Shown here: piece by piece, positions 1 to 12,788 of the stretch
How positions within the stretch are numbered: position 1 is the first letter of the stretch
Layout: each line of letters opens with the position of its first letter
Assembly (NCBI RefSeq): GCF_035084215.1
Contig: NC_090366.1
Span: 10,354,001-10,418,000, forward strand
DNA length: 64,000 nucleotides
Direction: 5' to 3'
DNA from: Heptranchias perlo
Lineage: Eukaryota
Notes under the pieces: generated by a model
Databases searched by the model: none
What the model was told of the DNA's origin: nothing
The model's input: the letters and a program-made list of their open reading frames with translations, nothing else
Position numbers and translations under genes: made by a program

Positions 1-231
1 AGCAATTGGTCCGTTTCATGCTGTTCACTATCCTGTTCTTGCTGCAGTCGGTATTCCGAATCAGTCATTGTAACAGCTGTTACAATCTGCTATGCAAACA
101 CTTCCAGCTGCTCATCTGGAGATTTTTCTGGTCATGATGGGTATTCTTGATTTTACTTCCCTTTCAACTTCAATAGTTAGAGAGCTGAAAAGGAGTTCAG
201 GATAGCTACCAAACTGAACGTAAAGTAATGT

Positions 232-432
232 GATAAATCACTGGTTAGGCCCCAGCTGGAGTATTGTGTCCAATTCTGGGCGCCGCACTTTAGGAAGGAT
301 GTCAAGGCCTTGGAGACGGTGCAGAGGAGATTTACCAGATTGCCATCAGGGATGAGGGACTAAAGTCACGTAGTGAGACTGGAGAAGCTGTGCTTGTTCG
401 CCTTAGAACAGAGAAGGTTAAGGGGGCATTTA
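232..432 (+). mobile_element. Old CR1 LINE RT fragment
   Basis: Encodes [25 protein letters not shown]-like CR1 ORF2 C-terminal sequence. A paralogous fragment follows the same flank at ~41897. Confidence 0.8.
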
Positions 433-433
433 C

Positions 434-1250
434 ATAAGAACATAAGAAATAGGAGCCGGAGTAGGCCAATCGGCCCATCGAGCCTGCTCCGCCATTCAAT
501 AAGATCATGGCGGATCTGATCCTAATCTCAAATCTAAATTCATGTCCAATTTCCTGCCCGCTCCCCGTAACCCCTAATTCCCTTTACTTCTAGGAAACTG
601 TCTATTTCTGTTTTAAATTTATTTAATGATGTAGCTTCCACAGCTTCCTGGGGCAGCAAATTCCACAGACCAACTACCCTCTGAGTGAAGAAGTTTCTCC
701 TCATCTCAGTTTTGAAAGAGCAGCCCCTTATTCTAAGATTATGCCCCCTAGTTCTAGTTTCACCCATCCTTGGGAACATCCTTACCGCATCCACCCGATC
801 AAGCCCCTTCACAATCTTATATGTTTCAATAAGATCGCCTCTCATTCTTCTGAACTCCAATGAGTAGAGTCCCAATCTACTCAACCTCTCCTCATATGTC
901 CGCCCCCTCATCCCCGGGATTAACCGAGTGAACCTTCTTTGTACTGCCTCGAGAGCAAGTATGTCTTTTCTTACGTATGGACACCAAAACTGTATGCAGT
1001 AGTTCAGGTGCGGTCTCACCAATACCTTATATAACTGCAGCAATACCTCCCTGTTTTTATATTCTATCCCCCTAGCAATAAAAGCCAACATTCCGTTGGC
1101 CTTCTTGATCACCTGCTGCACCTGCATGCTAACTTTTTGATTTTCTTGCACCAGGACCCCCACATCCCTTTGTACTGCAGTACTTTCCAGTTTCTTGCCA
1201 TTAAGATAATAACTTGCTCTCTGATTTTTCCTGCCAAAGTGCATAACCTC
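434..1250 (-). mobile_element. Young 5'-truncated CR1 LINE (open ORF2 C-terminus 540-1244 plus 3' UTR and TTCTTATG tail)
   Basis: ORF has CR1 motifs (LVRPHLNYCIQFW, RMRGDLIETYK, FFTQRVVGLWN). The CATAAGAA repeat at 434-448 is the 3' tail. A near-identical 3' end lies at 45136-45330. Confidence 0.92.
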
Positions 1251-1309
1251 ACAAGAGGGCGATGGGACACGACAAGTTAAAATAAAATTCCAGCAAGTCC
1301 ATTTTTATT

Positions 1310-4300
1310 CTAATTATCTAAAAAATTAACAATTTGTTTAATTGGATATTTCACCATTTTCTTTAACTCCTCTCTGAATTTAGTTTGGGTCACTGCATAA
1401 ATAAACGTGTTTGTGCAGCAGCTCAAAAGCAGGAGCATATATCCGGTTTCTTGAAGGATATAAACCGGGTCATTGTAACCCGTGAACGAATAAGTCTTAG
1501 TAATTCGATAATACAAGTAATGGACTGTGTACGTCAGCCATAACAGCATAAAATTACCGGATATACTGAAGAGCAAAATAATGGATTTTTTCCGGTTCTC
1601 CATTTCAGGATCTGGATTCTCTTCAGTGCTCGTGTTGCCCCGCAATGCCCTGCGGACTCTGCTGGCCACTAATATATATCTTACGGTCAGAGCATTAAGT
1701 AGCAAAATAACAAAAAATGGCAGAAAAGGGGTCGCGATGCAGTCGAAATAAGAAAATGCTAGCCATAGCCGTGAAGTATAAAAGCTTGATCTTATCCGGC
1801 AATACCACGGCAATTTGTTAATTGTATACAGAGGTTCATACACAAAGTACCAGGGGATGTTTTTTAAACAGCTCAGAGCAATCACCGTGCCAACAACCGC
1901 AGCTGCTGTTTCCTTCGTACAATATTTGGTTTTCAGCTTCGGGCAACAAATGGCTGTAAAGCGATCAAAGGTGAAAGCGACTGTTGACCAGACAGAAAAG
2001 TCTCTGGTTGCATAAACTAGGGCGGTTTTGGTCCTACATATCGGAGTAAGCAACAGAAAATTTCCGGGAAAGTAAATGTCAATCATCCGATTGAGTATAA
2101 CGCCAGTGACGACAACCAATAGATCCGCCGCTGCCATGCCCACCAGGTAGTGAGTGATACATTTGGAGAGACCGCACTTTCCTCGAGAGAGGATCACAAT
2201 CGCCACGATGTTGACTGTAGGGGAGGGAAAGAAAGAAAGATAATTAATTCTTTGCAGACTTTAAGAGAAAGTAACAGTTTGCAACCAGCACGTGTTCACT
2301 TCAGAAATTCCTTTTTGTATTCTGCATGGAAAGAAATAGCCAGCATTTCCTGGCAACTGTAGGTTGAAAATTAGAAACAGTGTCTGCCGCGGCTCAGTTG
2401 GGAGCACTCTCGCCTCTGAGTCAGAAGGTTGTGGGTACAATTCCCACTTCATGGGACGTGAAACATCATCTCGGTTGACATTTCAGTGCAGTACTGAAGG
2501 AGGTGCGGTCTTTCAGATGAGGCGTCAGACCGAGGCCCAATCTGCCCTCTCGGGCGGACATAAAAGAGGCCATGGTCACTATTTCGAAGAAGAGCAGGAG
2601 AGTTCTCCCCGCCCAGTTGCCCTGGCCAATATTTATCCCTCAACCAAAATCAGTAGCAGAGATTCTCTGGTCATTATCATATTGCTGTTTGTAGAATCTT
2701 GTTTTGCACTAATTGGCCGCCTCGTTTCGTATGTTACAACAGCGACTACACTTCAAAAATATTTCATTGGCTGTAAAGCATTTTAGGACACGCTGAGGTC
2801 GTGAAAGGCTGGGAATTCTTTCTTTATAATATATATATTTTTAAAAAAACAAATACAAAATATAGATGGGGTGGATTAATGTAACATGACACTTGGAATT
2901 CATTAGAAGAAGCAAGACCACCGGATATAAAATCTGGTATTACAAATGAAATAGAAAGAAGTTTTAAAATCAGTGTTAAAATGAATGTTATGCCGAATTG
3001 AAAGCCATAAAATGAATTTGAATAAACAATTTTTACATAAATAATAAAATAAACAACAATGAATCTGATTGAATGAAATACAATTCAATAGTAAGCGAGT
3101 TTGAGATGAACAATACCATTAATGAATAATGCAGCTGGAAACCCCAATATCAGATGGTAACTTAAAGTAGCAGAGGATTTTTTTTAAACAGCTCAGAGCA
3201 AGCACCGTTCCTACAGCCGCAGCTGCCGTTTCCTTGCTGGAAAATTTATTTTTCAAGTTCGGGAAACAAATGGTTATAAAAGACTTTAAGAGAAGTATCA
3301 GTTTGCAACCAGTAGGTGTTCACTTCAAAACTTTATTACCGCATTCCGCTTGGAAACAAATAGCCAGATTTTCCCAGTAAATGTAGTTTGCAAATTAAAA
3401 CCGTGTCAGCCGAGGCTCAGTAAGTAACATTCTCACGTTTGAGTTAGACGGTTGTGGGTTCAAGGCCCGCTCCAGAGACTTGAGCTCATAATTTCGATTG
3501 ACACTTCCGTGCAGTACTAAGGGAATGCTGCACGCCCCAATGCCCGGGCCAATATTTTTCCCTCAACCAACAGCACTCAACCGGATTATCTGGTCGGCGC
3601 CTCTTTGTGGGAGCTTGCTGTGCACTAATTGGCTGTCGCGTTTCCCTAAATTACAGCAGTGACCACAATTCAAAATCCTCCATTGGCTGTAAAGCGCTTC
3701 AGGTCACCCTCAGCTCGTGAAAAGCGTTCGATTCGTTTCTTCCCTTTCTCTTTAAACTATAAATGGGGTTGGTTAATTTAACACGATATTTGGAAGTCAT
3801 ACGAAGAGGGATTGATCCGGAAATCAAATCTGGTACTAAAATTGGAATAGAAAACATTTAAAAATCAATTTTAAAGTGAGTTATGATATGCCGGATTGAG
3901 TGCACTAAAATTAATTTGAATAAATGACTTTCAAACACATAATTTTAAAAAAATCTGAAATTTGTTAAGTGAATGAAATAAAATTCAATAGAAAGCGAGC
4001 TTGAGATTAACAAGAAACCAATGAATAATAAAGGTGGAAAAACCCAATAAAAGAACAAACCTATTTCACCACAGATATCGGGATTTGCCGCCACCGGGAA
4101 CGATCCGAGATTTGGAGAGTGGCGGGTGGACTGAAGTGAGTGAAATCGGATTGTGCCTGCAGATCAGACAGGAATATTTTGCGATGATGAAAGCGCCGCT
4201 GACTGAGCACGCGTGGTTTCCAAATCTGAGGGCATTTGGCACATCACTGATTCGGCCAAGCGGCAAACCTGTTGCTTGTCCTGATTTTCCAACGAGGCGA

Positions 4301-5994
4301 GGAGGGTGGGGAGGTGATGCATAACTGATATATAATTTCAGCTGCACTTTATATTTAACGAGCAGAATTTACATGTTGAAATGTGCCCTCCAAGCAGATT
4401 ATATCGTAAATAAGCTTAACGCTCCCGAACTTTATTGATGGGTCAGTGGACGAGTAACATGTCAGATGTTATACTGAGTTACACAATCACGGAATATCCC
4501 GGATTCAGCCTCGGGTTATCCGGCCGTCCATCTCAGATGTTGTGACACAGATACCACAGACAGAATCAGAGATACCGGTGGAGGAAGGGACATCAATCAA
4601 CGTTGTTACTTCTGAGCAGTCCGAACAGAACGCGCTTGAGTGTGATTGACAGGCGAGGACATGATGTAGCTAATCAATAAAATGACCTCTATGGTCAAGA
4701 CACTGTTAAATCTCCTTATCAATGGATGCCTAACAGGACAGGTATTTGAAGGCTGGCAGAGCCTGTGAGACCTGATACCGGAGCAGCAGGGGGAACTTGA
4801 AAAATAATTTCTTATTATCTTTGACCAAAACATTGAATTATATTCTCCGCGCCATCGACAATATCATGCAAATTGCAAAAATAACAACTAGTGCTTGCAA
4901 TTACACACGTCGCCCAATACAGACCAAAGTATCACCCAGTAAAACACTGTTTGGACTGTACTGATTGTTACTTGTGCGCCAACCAATATTCCTCTCTGTT
5001 TTCGCAAACAGATTAAGGAGCAGCTCGCCTTCTTTGTCTGTGGTGTTGGTAGAACAACGAGACTGCAGGAAAGACGTGGTTATTATTCGCCGTGACTAAA
5101 TAATTAACTCGCGTTTGGAATGAAATACTGTTATATTATTAACAGGTTTTAATCATTTCACTTCGCATTGCAATATTGTTAAAATAAGGCGGGAACCGTT
5201 GTACGAAACAGTAGAGAGAGATCGATAGAAGGAACAGAACGAGGGGCAGTGAAAGAAAGGCATACGAGAAATCGTAAGAGAGGGGAAGAGAGGGGGAGAA
5301 AGATATCTGGGGTAGTTGTAGCCAATTCACTATATTTGCTATATTATTTCAAAATAATTATTAATTATAATGGTTGACAAATAAAGATGAAACTTGAATA
5401 CATTTTACTTCAGATATACAGTAAATAAATCGGATTCTTGCTTTAATTATTCTGATTATTTTAATAGTTTACATCAATAACAGGGGAGACGATTGAAAGC
5501 TCCACAACCATTTACCTGGTTGGAGATGAATCGTTTGCTTACATGGTGGAACAGTTCAAAGATCAATATTCCTCACCCCCTCCATTTGGACTCTGTATAT
5601 CCATCTGCACTCAATGGAAGTTTAAAGCGAAACGTATAAATCTATCAACATACATTTAAAAGCCGTTACCACGGCTGATTCAAGGCACGAGGTAGCACGC
5701 CATTTGAAGAATGTGTAAGAAATGTGGTCTATCTTCGAGCGGAAATAACTATAATTTCAATAAAATATTATATTAAATACATAATGTAAAATTAGGATAG
5801 CTGAGCCATTGAGCGGTTACCTCAGAATATGTGACTATATGCACACCCACCCAGACGGATTGAGCAGCAAGAACAATGAAACAGTTTAGCACAAGTTTGC
5901 ACAGCTGATAAGATTGCTACTTACCTGGGACACCAACAGCGGCAAGGATTGGATAGTAAATAGCGTACACCTGACCAGTTACTGGCTCGTGCAT
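1310..5994 (-). CDS. GPR139-like class A GPCR, copy 1 (2 exons: 5994-5925, 2214-1310; 324 aa)
   Basis: Exon 1 MHEPVTGQVYAIYYPILAAVGVP ends at G|gtaagt. Acceptor cctacag| at 2214 joins in phase 1. 7TM motifs AAADLL, FTFDRF-AICC, PF.PF..ILLLNALTV, NTFIY. No stops. Confidence 0.88.
2381..2812 (+). mobile_element. tRNA-derived Deu-domain SINE (SacSINE1-like)
   Basis: A/B-box-like head (GGCTCAGTTGG...GGTACAATTCCC), central GAAGAAGAGCAGG...CCTGGCCAATATTTATCCCTCAACC domain, L2-like tail CATTGGCTGTAAAGC. Confidence 0.7.
3170..4050. repeat. Local tandem duplicate of GPCR exon-2 piece and intron (copy of ~1858-1960 joined to ~2256-3150), including a second SINE copy 3402-3725
   Basis: TTTTAAACAGCTCAGAGCAA..., AGACTTTAAGAGAA..., the SINE and the following AT-rich flank recur in the same order. 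Confidence 0.8.
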
Positions 5995-6664
5995 TTTCTG
6001 TCAGAAGCGATTACATTTCAACTGCCTCAAAACATGGTTTGCGGGAGAGTCAATATATGGATCAGCGAATCCTCCAGTGAGACAATTAGGTAATATAATT
6101 ACTGACGTTAGTTTCACTCGTTTGCACACAGAAAGTGAGCGGGTTGCTTCTATTCTAATGATTGTAATACGATTGTCTTTAAATTTTTAAACGTTTTTAA
6201 AACGAAACGCCCAAAATATCAATAGTTATTTTGGTAACATTCTTTCCGAAATCAAAATTGAAAGGTGATGCACGCAATGTCCAAGAGTGCATCTCAAGCC
6301 CAGGATAGTTCTCTGGTGTGTGCTGAGTTGACTGATCTGTGCGAGGATTGGAGGTGAGGCAGATAAAATTGTTTCACAGCTCGCAAGCTGGAAAGGCAGA
6401 CAAACGGCCCAGGTTCTGCCTCCAAATCATTATCCTTCATTACTGCTGGGAATTGTGCATGTGTGAATGTGGTCAGTGGGCGAATGTACTGAACGGCAGC
6501 GTATTGCTTTGGAACCACCTGACTCAAGGCCAAGCATGAGCTTTCCCATAAACAATCTCGGAAAAAGTGCTCTATCTCTTCCAGGAGCCTAACATGCTCA
6601 TGCAAATTTCGTATGTCGGTTAATTTAGAGGAAATAACTGGCTCTCTCCTTCATCAATTGTTTT

Positions 6665-7200
6665 CAATTCGGGCACCACACATTAGGAAAGATGTCAAAG
6701 CCTTAGCGTGGGTGAAGAAGAGATTTACTAGAATGCTACCATGGATATCACTTCAGTTAGGTGGGAGACTGGAGAAGCTTGGGTTATTCTCCTTAGAGCA
6801 GAGAAGGTTGAAGGGCGATTTGATAGTGGTCTTCAAAATCACGAACGGTTTTGATAGTGTAAATAAGGAGAAATTGTTTCCAATGGCAGAAGCGTTGGTA
6901 ACCAAAGGGCACAGATTTAAGGTGTTTAGCAAAATAACCAGAGGCGACAGGAGGATTTTTTTTTATTATGCAGCAAGTTGATATGGAATACACTGCCGGA
7001 AAGGTTAGAGGAAGCGTGTTCAATAATAACTTTCAAAAGGGAATTGGATAGATTCTTGAAGGGAAAACAGTTGCAGGGCTATGATGAAAGACCAGGGGGT
7101 TTAGATTACTTGGATATCTCCGCCAAAGAGCCGGCACAGGCACGATGGGCCGAATGGCCTCCATCAGTACTGTATCATTCTAATATTCTATGATTCCATG
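6665..7200 (+). mobile_element. CR1 LINE 3' fragment
   Basis: LEKLGLFSLEQRRLKGDL..., WNTLPE..., ATTCTATG tail. Confidence 0.85.
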
Positions 7201-9008
7201 ATGCTAACGAATGATAATATCGCAAAGAGTAATTTCCAGGGCATTATTTCCATGTTTCAAATGTGATGACCGTCTTCTGCCATTTCAACAACTAAATTTT
7301 AAGAATTTCGTTACGCTTGCATACTACCCCCTTTGCATGTGACTTGACTCCTTTAACTGTATGCTTCAGTTTCCCTCTTGGAATCATGAGTTTGAGTGTG
7401 GGAGGATTTAGTATCAATTTATCGTTTAACCGAGGCGCTCAGTTCATTAGACGTTCACAGCATTCGCCCAGGTAACAATCAGAGGCCGAGACTGTGAGTG
7501 TCGAGATGTTATCAACTATAGAAGATATCACAGCGGGTCACCTTCTACATAAGACCCATTTCTAGCTGGATGCACAACGTAACGATAAGAAGGTAGAATT
7601 TTCCTGAACCATTCCCTTTCCTGGACAGCAGGCCCTAATAATGTCAGATTAGTATAGAGACATAGACTGCAACTAGTGACATCCCAACAAAGCTTTATTT
7701 CAGAACAGCGCGGTCTGTGTTAGGTGTACACGGCATATTCAAATAGATGTTTCGGATTTTGAGGCAACACAATTTAGAAACAACCTCAATCTACCTGAGT
7801 GCAGTGACTAGAATAGAGCTTCGTTTCAAAATTATAGAATGTCGCTGCTTTACAACACAGCGAGGAGCCATTCGGCCCGTTTTTTTTTTTGCTGGCTCGC
7901 TGAAAGTGTCCCTCACCCTTTCCCCACGTATTTTTCTCTTTTTGGAACACGTGTCCAATTCAATTAAAAGCTGTTATGAATTCTGATTCCGCCCTGGCCT
8001 CTGCTAAGTTATACTTTTCCTATCACCACCACTAACCCCCCCACCCCCCCACACACACACACACCAAACAATACCTTTCCCGTGTTTCTTTGGTGATGAT
8101 TTTAATTTCCTGCCCTGCACTTACCCCGCTCCGCCACCAGGTGAAAAATGTTTCCCCCTCTTTAACTCATAGAAACCTCTCACATTTGTGGCCACTTCTA
8201 CCAGATCTTATCTTAAACTCCCCTATTTTAATTAAATGACCTCCAGTTTCTCCTGTCGGCTTTGACATCTAAAGCTACTCATCCCCGGTATTATCTGAGT
8301 GAATTTCCTCTGCACCATCTCCATATCCTTTACATCCTTTCTGAAGTAGTGTTTGGAAAACTTGCCACAAGGGAGTAAATTTCCAAATTGCAATCCGCTG
8401 CAAAACAGGTGTTGCAGATCGGCCGCTGGTTCTGGAAACTGCCCGATTTTCATTGCTAATGATTTCAATGGCACGCTTCAGGCGGCGTATCCGGAAATCG
8501 CGTTTGCACTCATTTTGCTTTTCCACCTCTATTTTAATTAGTTTCGCTTCATGTGCCCACACTCGCCGCATATGTTCCATTCTAAATAGTATTTTACATT
8601 TACCAGTAACCTACGGTGATTGTCTTCGTATTTTACATGCAAATTTTAATTATTACTTAGTTTTATTTTGAAACTAACCTCACCAGTCCATCGGAAAACA
8701 GACGGGATCGGATGCAACGCTGGTTTTACTTGCCTTTCCCTCACCCCCAATTTTACTCTCCATTGAAATGAATGGAGCGGTATATTGGGCTGGGTGTAAA
8801 ACCGGCCTTCCACTCGATACCGTGAGATTCCCGCCCGGCGAGTTAGGTTAAAATTACCGCTTTTCAGTCACCAGAATGCGACCGTGTAGGCGGATGGATT
8901 AATTTCCGTCCACAGATGCAGGAATGAAACATTGAATTCCAGAAAGAATCCTACCGAACTGATGCTTTCTATTGGGTGTCTAGTCAGTAATTTTCCTCTT
9001 TCCTGCAG

Positions 9009-9146
9009 TTGACATAATGGCGACTGTGGTCCTGTCCTGATGAAAGTGCTGTCTTCCCAAAGTCCTCACTCACTACCTGGTGGCCATGGCTGTACGGGAT
9101 CTGCTGGTCGTTCTCACCTTGTAATTCTGAACCGGGTTATTGGTTA
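9009..9146 (+). pseudogene. Decayed fragment of a GPR139-like exon 2 (opposite orientation)
   Basis: After tcctgcag| reads VDIMATVVLS**KCCLPKVLTHYLVAMAVRDLLVVLT..VILNR, aligning to NIVAIVILSRGKCGLSKCITHYLVGMAAADLLVV of copy 1. Confidence 0.78.
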
Positions 9147-9839
9147 TCAAAGCGTATTAATTTTAAGCTCTATCATTGGTCATTGATTACATTCTGTAGT
9201 TATTGTACGTCCAAATATTACGCATAAAGTGACATTGTGTTATACTAGTAATCTTAAAGGAAACTTCTTGCACATCAATGTATTCACCCCAGGTCCCTGC
9301 CTTTCCTACACAACTTTTCCAATTCTTCCTCTCCTTTCCTGAAGATTGATCTTCTTGTTGAAATGTGTTTCCATAGTACCTCACCCAGCAAACCATTCTT
9401 AATGCGTCACCTCAGGGAGTGCCTGTCCAAAGTGTTTTCGATTGGGCCCGTGTTGGGAAGTGATTACAGCAACTGAGATGCATTCAGATTTCGACCCCTA
9501 TACACTTTCCAGCAGTAAAAGATGGGCAGTGATCAGAATGTCAGATTTCTAGCTGACAGTTGAACTGCAAGTCCAAGAGAGCTGGGCAAGGGTCAAATAG
9601 AGGGTGAGATTATTCATTGTTTTTTGAAACTCTTTGGGAACTGGATTTACATGTAGATTTACTACTAGTTGTAATTTCACTGTTTTTTTCGGCCACAAGA
9701 GTTTATGCTTACCCTTTGATATCAGAATTTAAGGAATGTGTGAGGGGTAGGGTTCATTACTATAGCGCCATACGGTGGCAGCAGTTTACTATTACATGAG
9801 CTACCTTCAAGAACCGAGACGAAATCTTTCCCCGATACA

Positions 9840-10350
9840 TACAGCACTTTTAAGGTATTAAAACGTCCCAAGGCTCTTCACAGGAGCGTAATCAAACAAA
9901 ATTTAATATGGAGTCACATAAAGAGATATTAGGACAGCTGACCAAAAGTTTGGACAAACAGGTAGGTTTCAAGGTGCGTCTTAAAGGACGAGAGAGAGGT
10001 GGAAAGGAAAGGTTTAGGGAGGGAATTCTAGTGCTTAGGGTCGAGAAAGCTGAAGGCACGGCCAGCAATGGAGTTGCGAAGGAAATCGGTATACACAAGA
10101 AGCCAGAATTGGAGGAGCGCAGAGATCCCAGAGAGTTGGAGGGCGGGAGCAGGTTTCAGAGGTGGAGAGTGGTGAGGTAATTTGAATGCAAGGACAATAA
10201 TATAAAATTGACTTGCTGCAGGACCGGGAGCCAATATACGTCAGCGAGCACAGGGATGATGGGTAAATGGGACATTGCGAGTTCGGATAAGGGCAACAGG
10301 GCTTTCGATTAGCTGAAGCTTACTGAGGATGGAAGATGGGATGCCCTCCA
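9840..10350 (-). mobile_element. L2 LINE 3' fragment
   Basis: The reverse strand gives the L2-type 3' end (TTTGATTACGCTCCTGTGAAG..CCTTGGGACG). Similar to 45955-46510. Confidence 0.7.
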
Positions 10351-10361
10351 GAAAGGCCCAA

Positions 10362-10397
10362 CACAACGCAAAGTGCGAACCATTATATTATCACGGC
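10362..10397 (-). pseudogene. 5' half of a tRNA-His pseudogene, truncated by the adjacent L2
   Basis: The reverse complement GCCGTGATAATATAATGGTTCGCACTTTGCGTTGTG matches vertebrate tRNA-His GCCGTGATCGTATAGTGGTTAGTACTCTGCGTTGTG. Confidence 0.65.
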
Positions 10398-10756
10398 GCC
10401 ACACATCAGATGCGGCAGTGACATCGAACAACAACATGCTGATCTTTGTAGCGCTTAGAAAAGAAAGCAAGAGACCCAAATAATCAGTGCCAGAATTTTT
10501 GGCAGCAGTGAGATGTGAACTGACACGATTGCAGAGACTGATGCTTAAAAGACCGCTTAGCCGCGCTGCAGCATGCGTGCAATTGCACTTCCCCTTCTGA
10601 TGAAAGGTAATCGACCTGAAACGTTAACTCTGGTTAGCAAACTGCCATGCAAATAAAACGCAATTGTTCAGTTAGCACATCCCTTGTATCACAAAATTCC
10701 AAAAGAAAATGTCGTTATAAATCCGACCGCTCTCATTTCCAAGAGACGGCAAACAT

Positions 10757-11020
10757 TTATAAATCATTAGTTAGCCCTCAGCTGGAGTATTGTGATGGAT
10801 CCAAGACCTTGACGGACGTCAAGCACTTGGAAAGGCTGCAGAGCAGATTTACTGGAATGGAAACAGGGATGAGGGACTTCAGTTGGAGAGATTACAGAAG
10901 CTGGGATTGTTCTCCTGAGAGCAGAGAAGGCAAAGGGAAGATTTAATACAGTTGATCACAATAATGAGGGGTTTTGATGGAGTAGATAGAGAGAAACTGC
11001 TTTGTTAGCGGGTTTCTCCG
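10757..11020 (+). mobile_element. CR1 fragment
   Basis: YKSLVSPQLEYC... and related CR1 motifs, degenerate. Confidence 0.7.
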
Positions 11021-11684
11021 TCACTGTCGCAACTATGGTTTGTTAATCCATCAACAATAACTCCTGATAGATTCCAGCCGGAGTGGTCATAAAATAACAA
11101 GTTTAGCAGATTGACTTACAACAGAGATGCATTACAGCATTAACATTATAATCAACATTATTATAGTTATAATGCAACTGTCTACAGATTACATTAAACG
11201 GACAAGCAATCAATACAACCTGATGGACTTCCAACCGTACCCTCTTGAGAGCTCTCACTTTCTGGGAGGGAGCATGCCCTATCTTTACGTCAGCACCGCA
11301 TGGTCATCGGTCCTCCCACCGTGCTGACGCCACGTTACCAACTCAAGATAAGCTGTTTTACCTAATGTAGCTAATGATCACGACTTCCATCTCTGTTTAC
11401 AAGCTGTTATGTTCCTCTGAGGAATGTGTACTTCTCATCTGTGTACAACCCCCCTTATTCGGCCTTGCACGGCCCCACCAATGTCGATTTCATAGCAACC
11501 ACATCTCTTGTTTAGGTGTAAACCACCTTCTGTCGTTAATATTATCTATTCTATGGTCTCCCTGATGTTCGGCCGTGTGAATTGTCCTTGTTCATAGGGA
11601 GATGCTGAACTTTTACCCTCCTATTGTGAATGCTTGTTTTAAACCATTAGCTTACATGCTTACACTGTCAGTAGGGTAGGCAAC

Positions 11685-11977
11685 CAGAGAACACAGATTT
11701 AAGATAATTGGCAAAAAAATAGAAGAGGGATATGGAGAGAATTGTTTTTAATATAGCGAGTTGTTAAGATCTGGAATGCAATAATTAAAGGATGGCGAAA
11801 GCAGTTTCAATAATAACTTTAAAAGAGGAATTGGACAAAAGCTTGAAAAGGAAAAATGTGCAGGACCATAGGGAAAGAGCAGCAGAGTGGGACAAATTAG
11901 ATAGTTCTTTCAAAGTGCCCACACAGACACGATGGGCCAAGTGGGCCTCCTTCTGTGCTGTATGAATCTATGATTAT
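11685..11977 (+). mobile_element. CR1 3' end fragment
   Basis: CR1 3' UTR (GATGGGCC..CCTCCTTCTGTGCTGTA) and tail. Paralogous copy at ~54447-54682. Confidence 0.75.
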
Positions 11978-12132
11978 AAGAGGCGGTATTGAATTTTGGA
12001 GCATAGAGGATGCAAGGAGTTGAAATGAGTGAAAAGGCTTTCACCATCAACAAAATTATTTTTTTCAGGTAATAAGGATTGATGTTTTCTATTGGCTTAT
12101 GTAGCAGTGGGCAAAAGAGGTAAATGAAACTC

Positions 12133-12204
12133 TGTCATGACTCGGATTCGAACCGTGGTCACTGCGACCACCACGCAGAGTACGAACCACTACGAATGTG
12201 CACC
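12133..12204 (-). pseudogene. tRNA-His(GTG) pseudogene
   Basis: Reverse complement ...GTAGTGGTTCGTACTCTGCGTGGTGGTCGCAGTGACCACGGTTCGAATCCGAGTCATGACA. The anticodon stem CTGCG/CGCAG, GTG anticodon and T-loop GTTCGAATC are kept. U33 is mutated and the 5' acceptor arm is degenerate. Confidence 0.78.
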
Positions 12205-12788
12205 CAGATACACGCAAAAACAGGACATAAATCAAATAATTCCAAATCAATTTTCTTTTACATTTATCTGTGGACCTTTCGCCAGAACTCATCTACGCCC
12301 AAAATCATTGCTCCACCAGCAAGTTGCAGTGCTTTACACTCGAGTCTCCTGCAGTTACGCTTGCTCGGAGGGTACGTTTAAATTTGTTTAATTCAGGCTC
12401 AGCAGGAAGCAAAGATATTTTCCTCGTGTTTTATTGCAATTTTTTTTTTGCAACCTAATCCCCTGTCGTGAGGGTTCATACTGTCGGGGAATGGTTTCAA
12501 GCAGAATAATAGGCAAAGACAATGTTAGAAATGGTTTGGGGCATACTTTTTAAAACAGTTCACAGAAAAATGTTGAGAAGTTACATTCCCTGCTGTATTT
12601 CAATTATATCTACTTTGTGATTGAAAATCAGAATATTCCAAAAAAGAGCAGTGGTTACATTTCCATATATTTTCTGAAAGGTGTCCATTTTGACAGTCCT
12701 TATTGCAACGAAAAGGTGTCTGTTTTATTTCAGGTGTTTGAAGGTATTGCCGGTCGCCAAACCATCTGCCCTGTCAACGTAACTCCTG

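Noticed and set aside
12133-12204. Functional tRNA-His gene
   Set aside because: The acceptor and D arms are disrupted and U33 is mutated.
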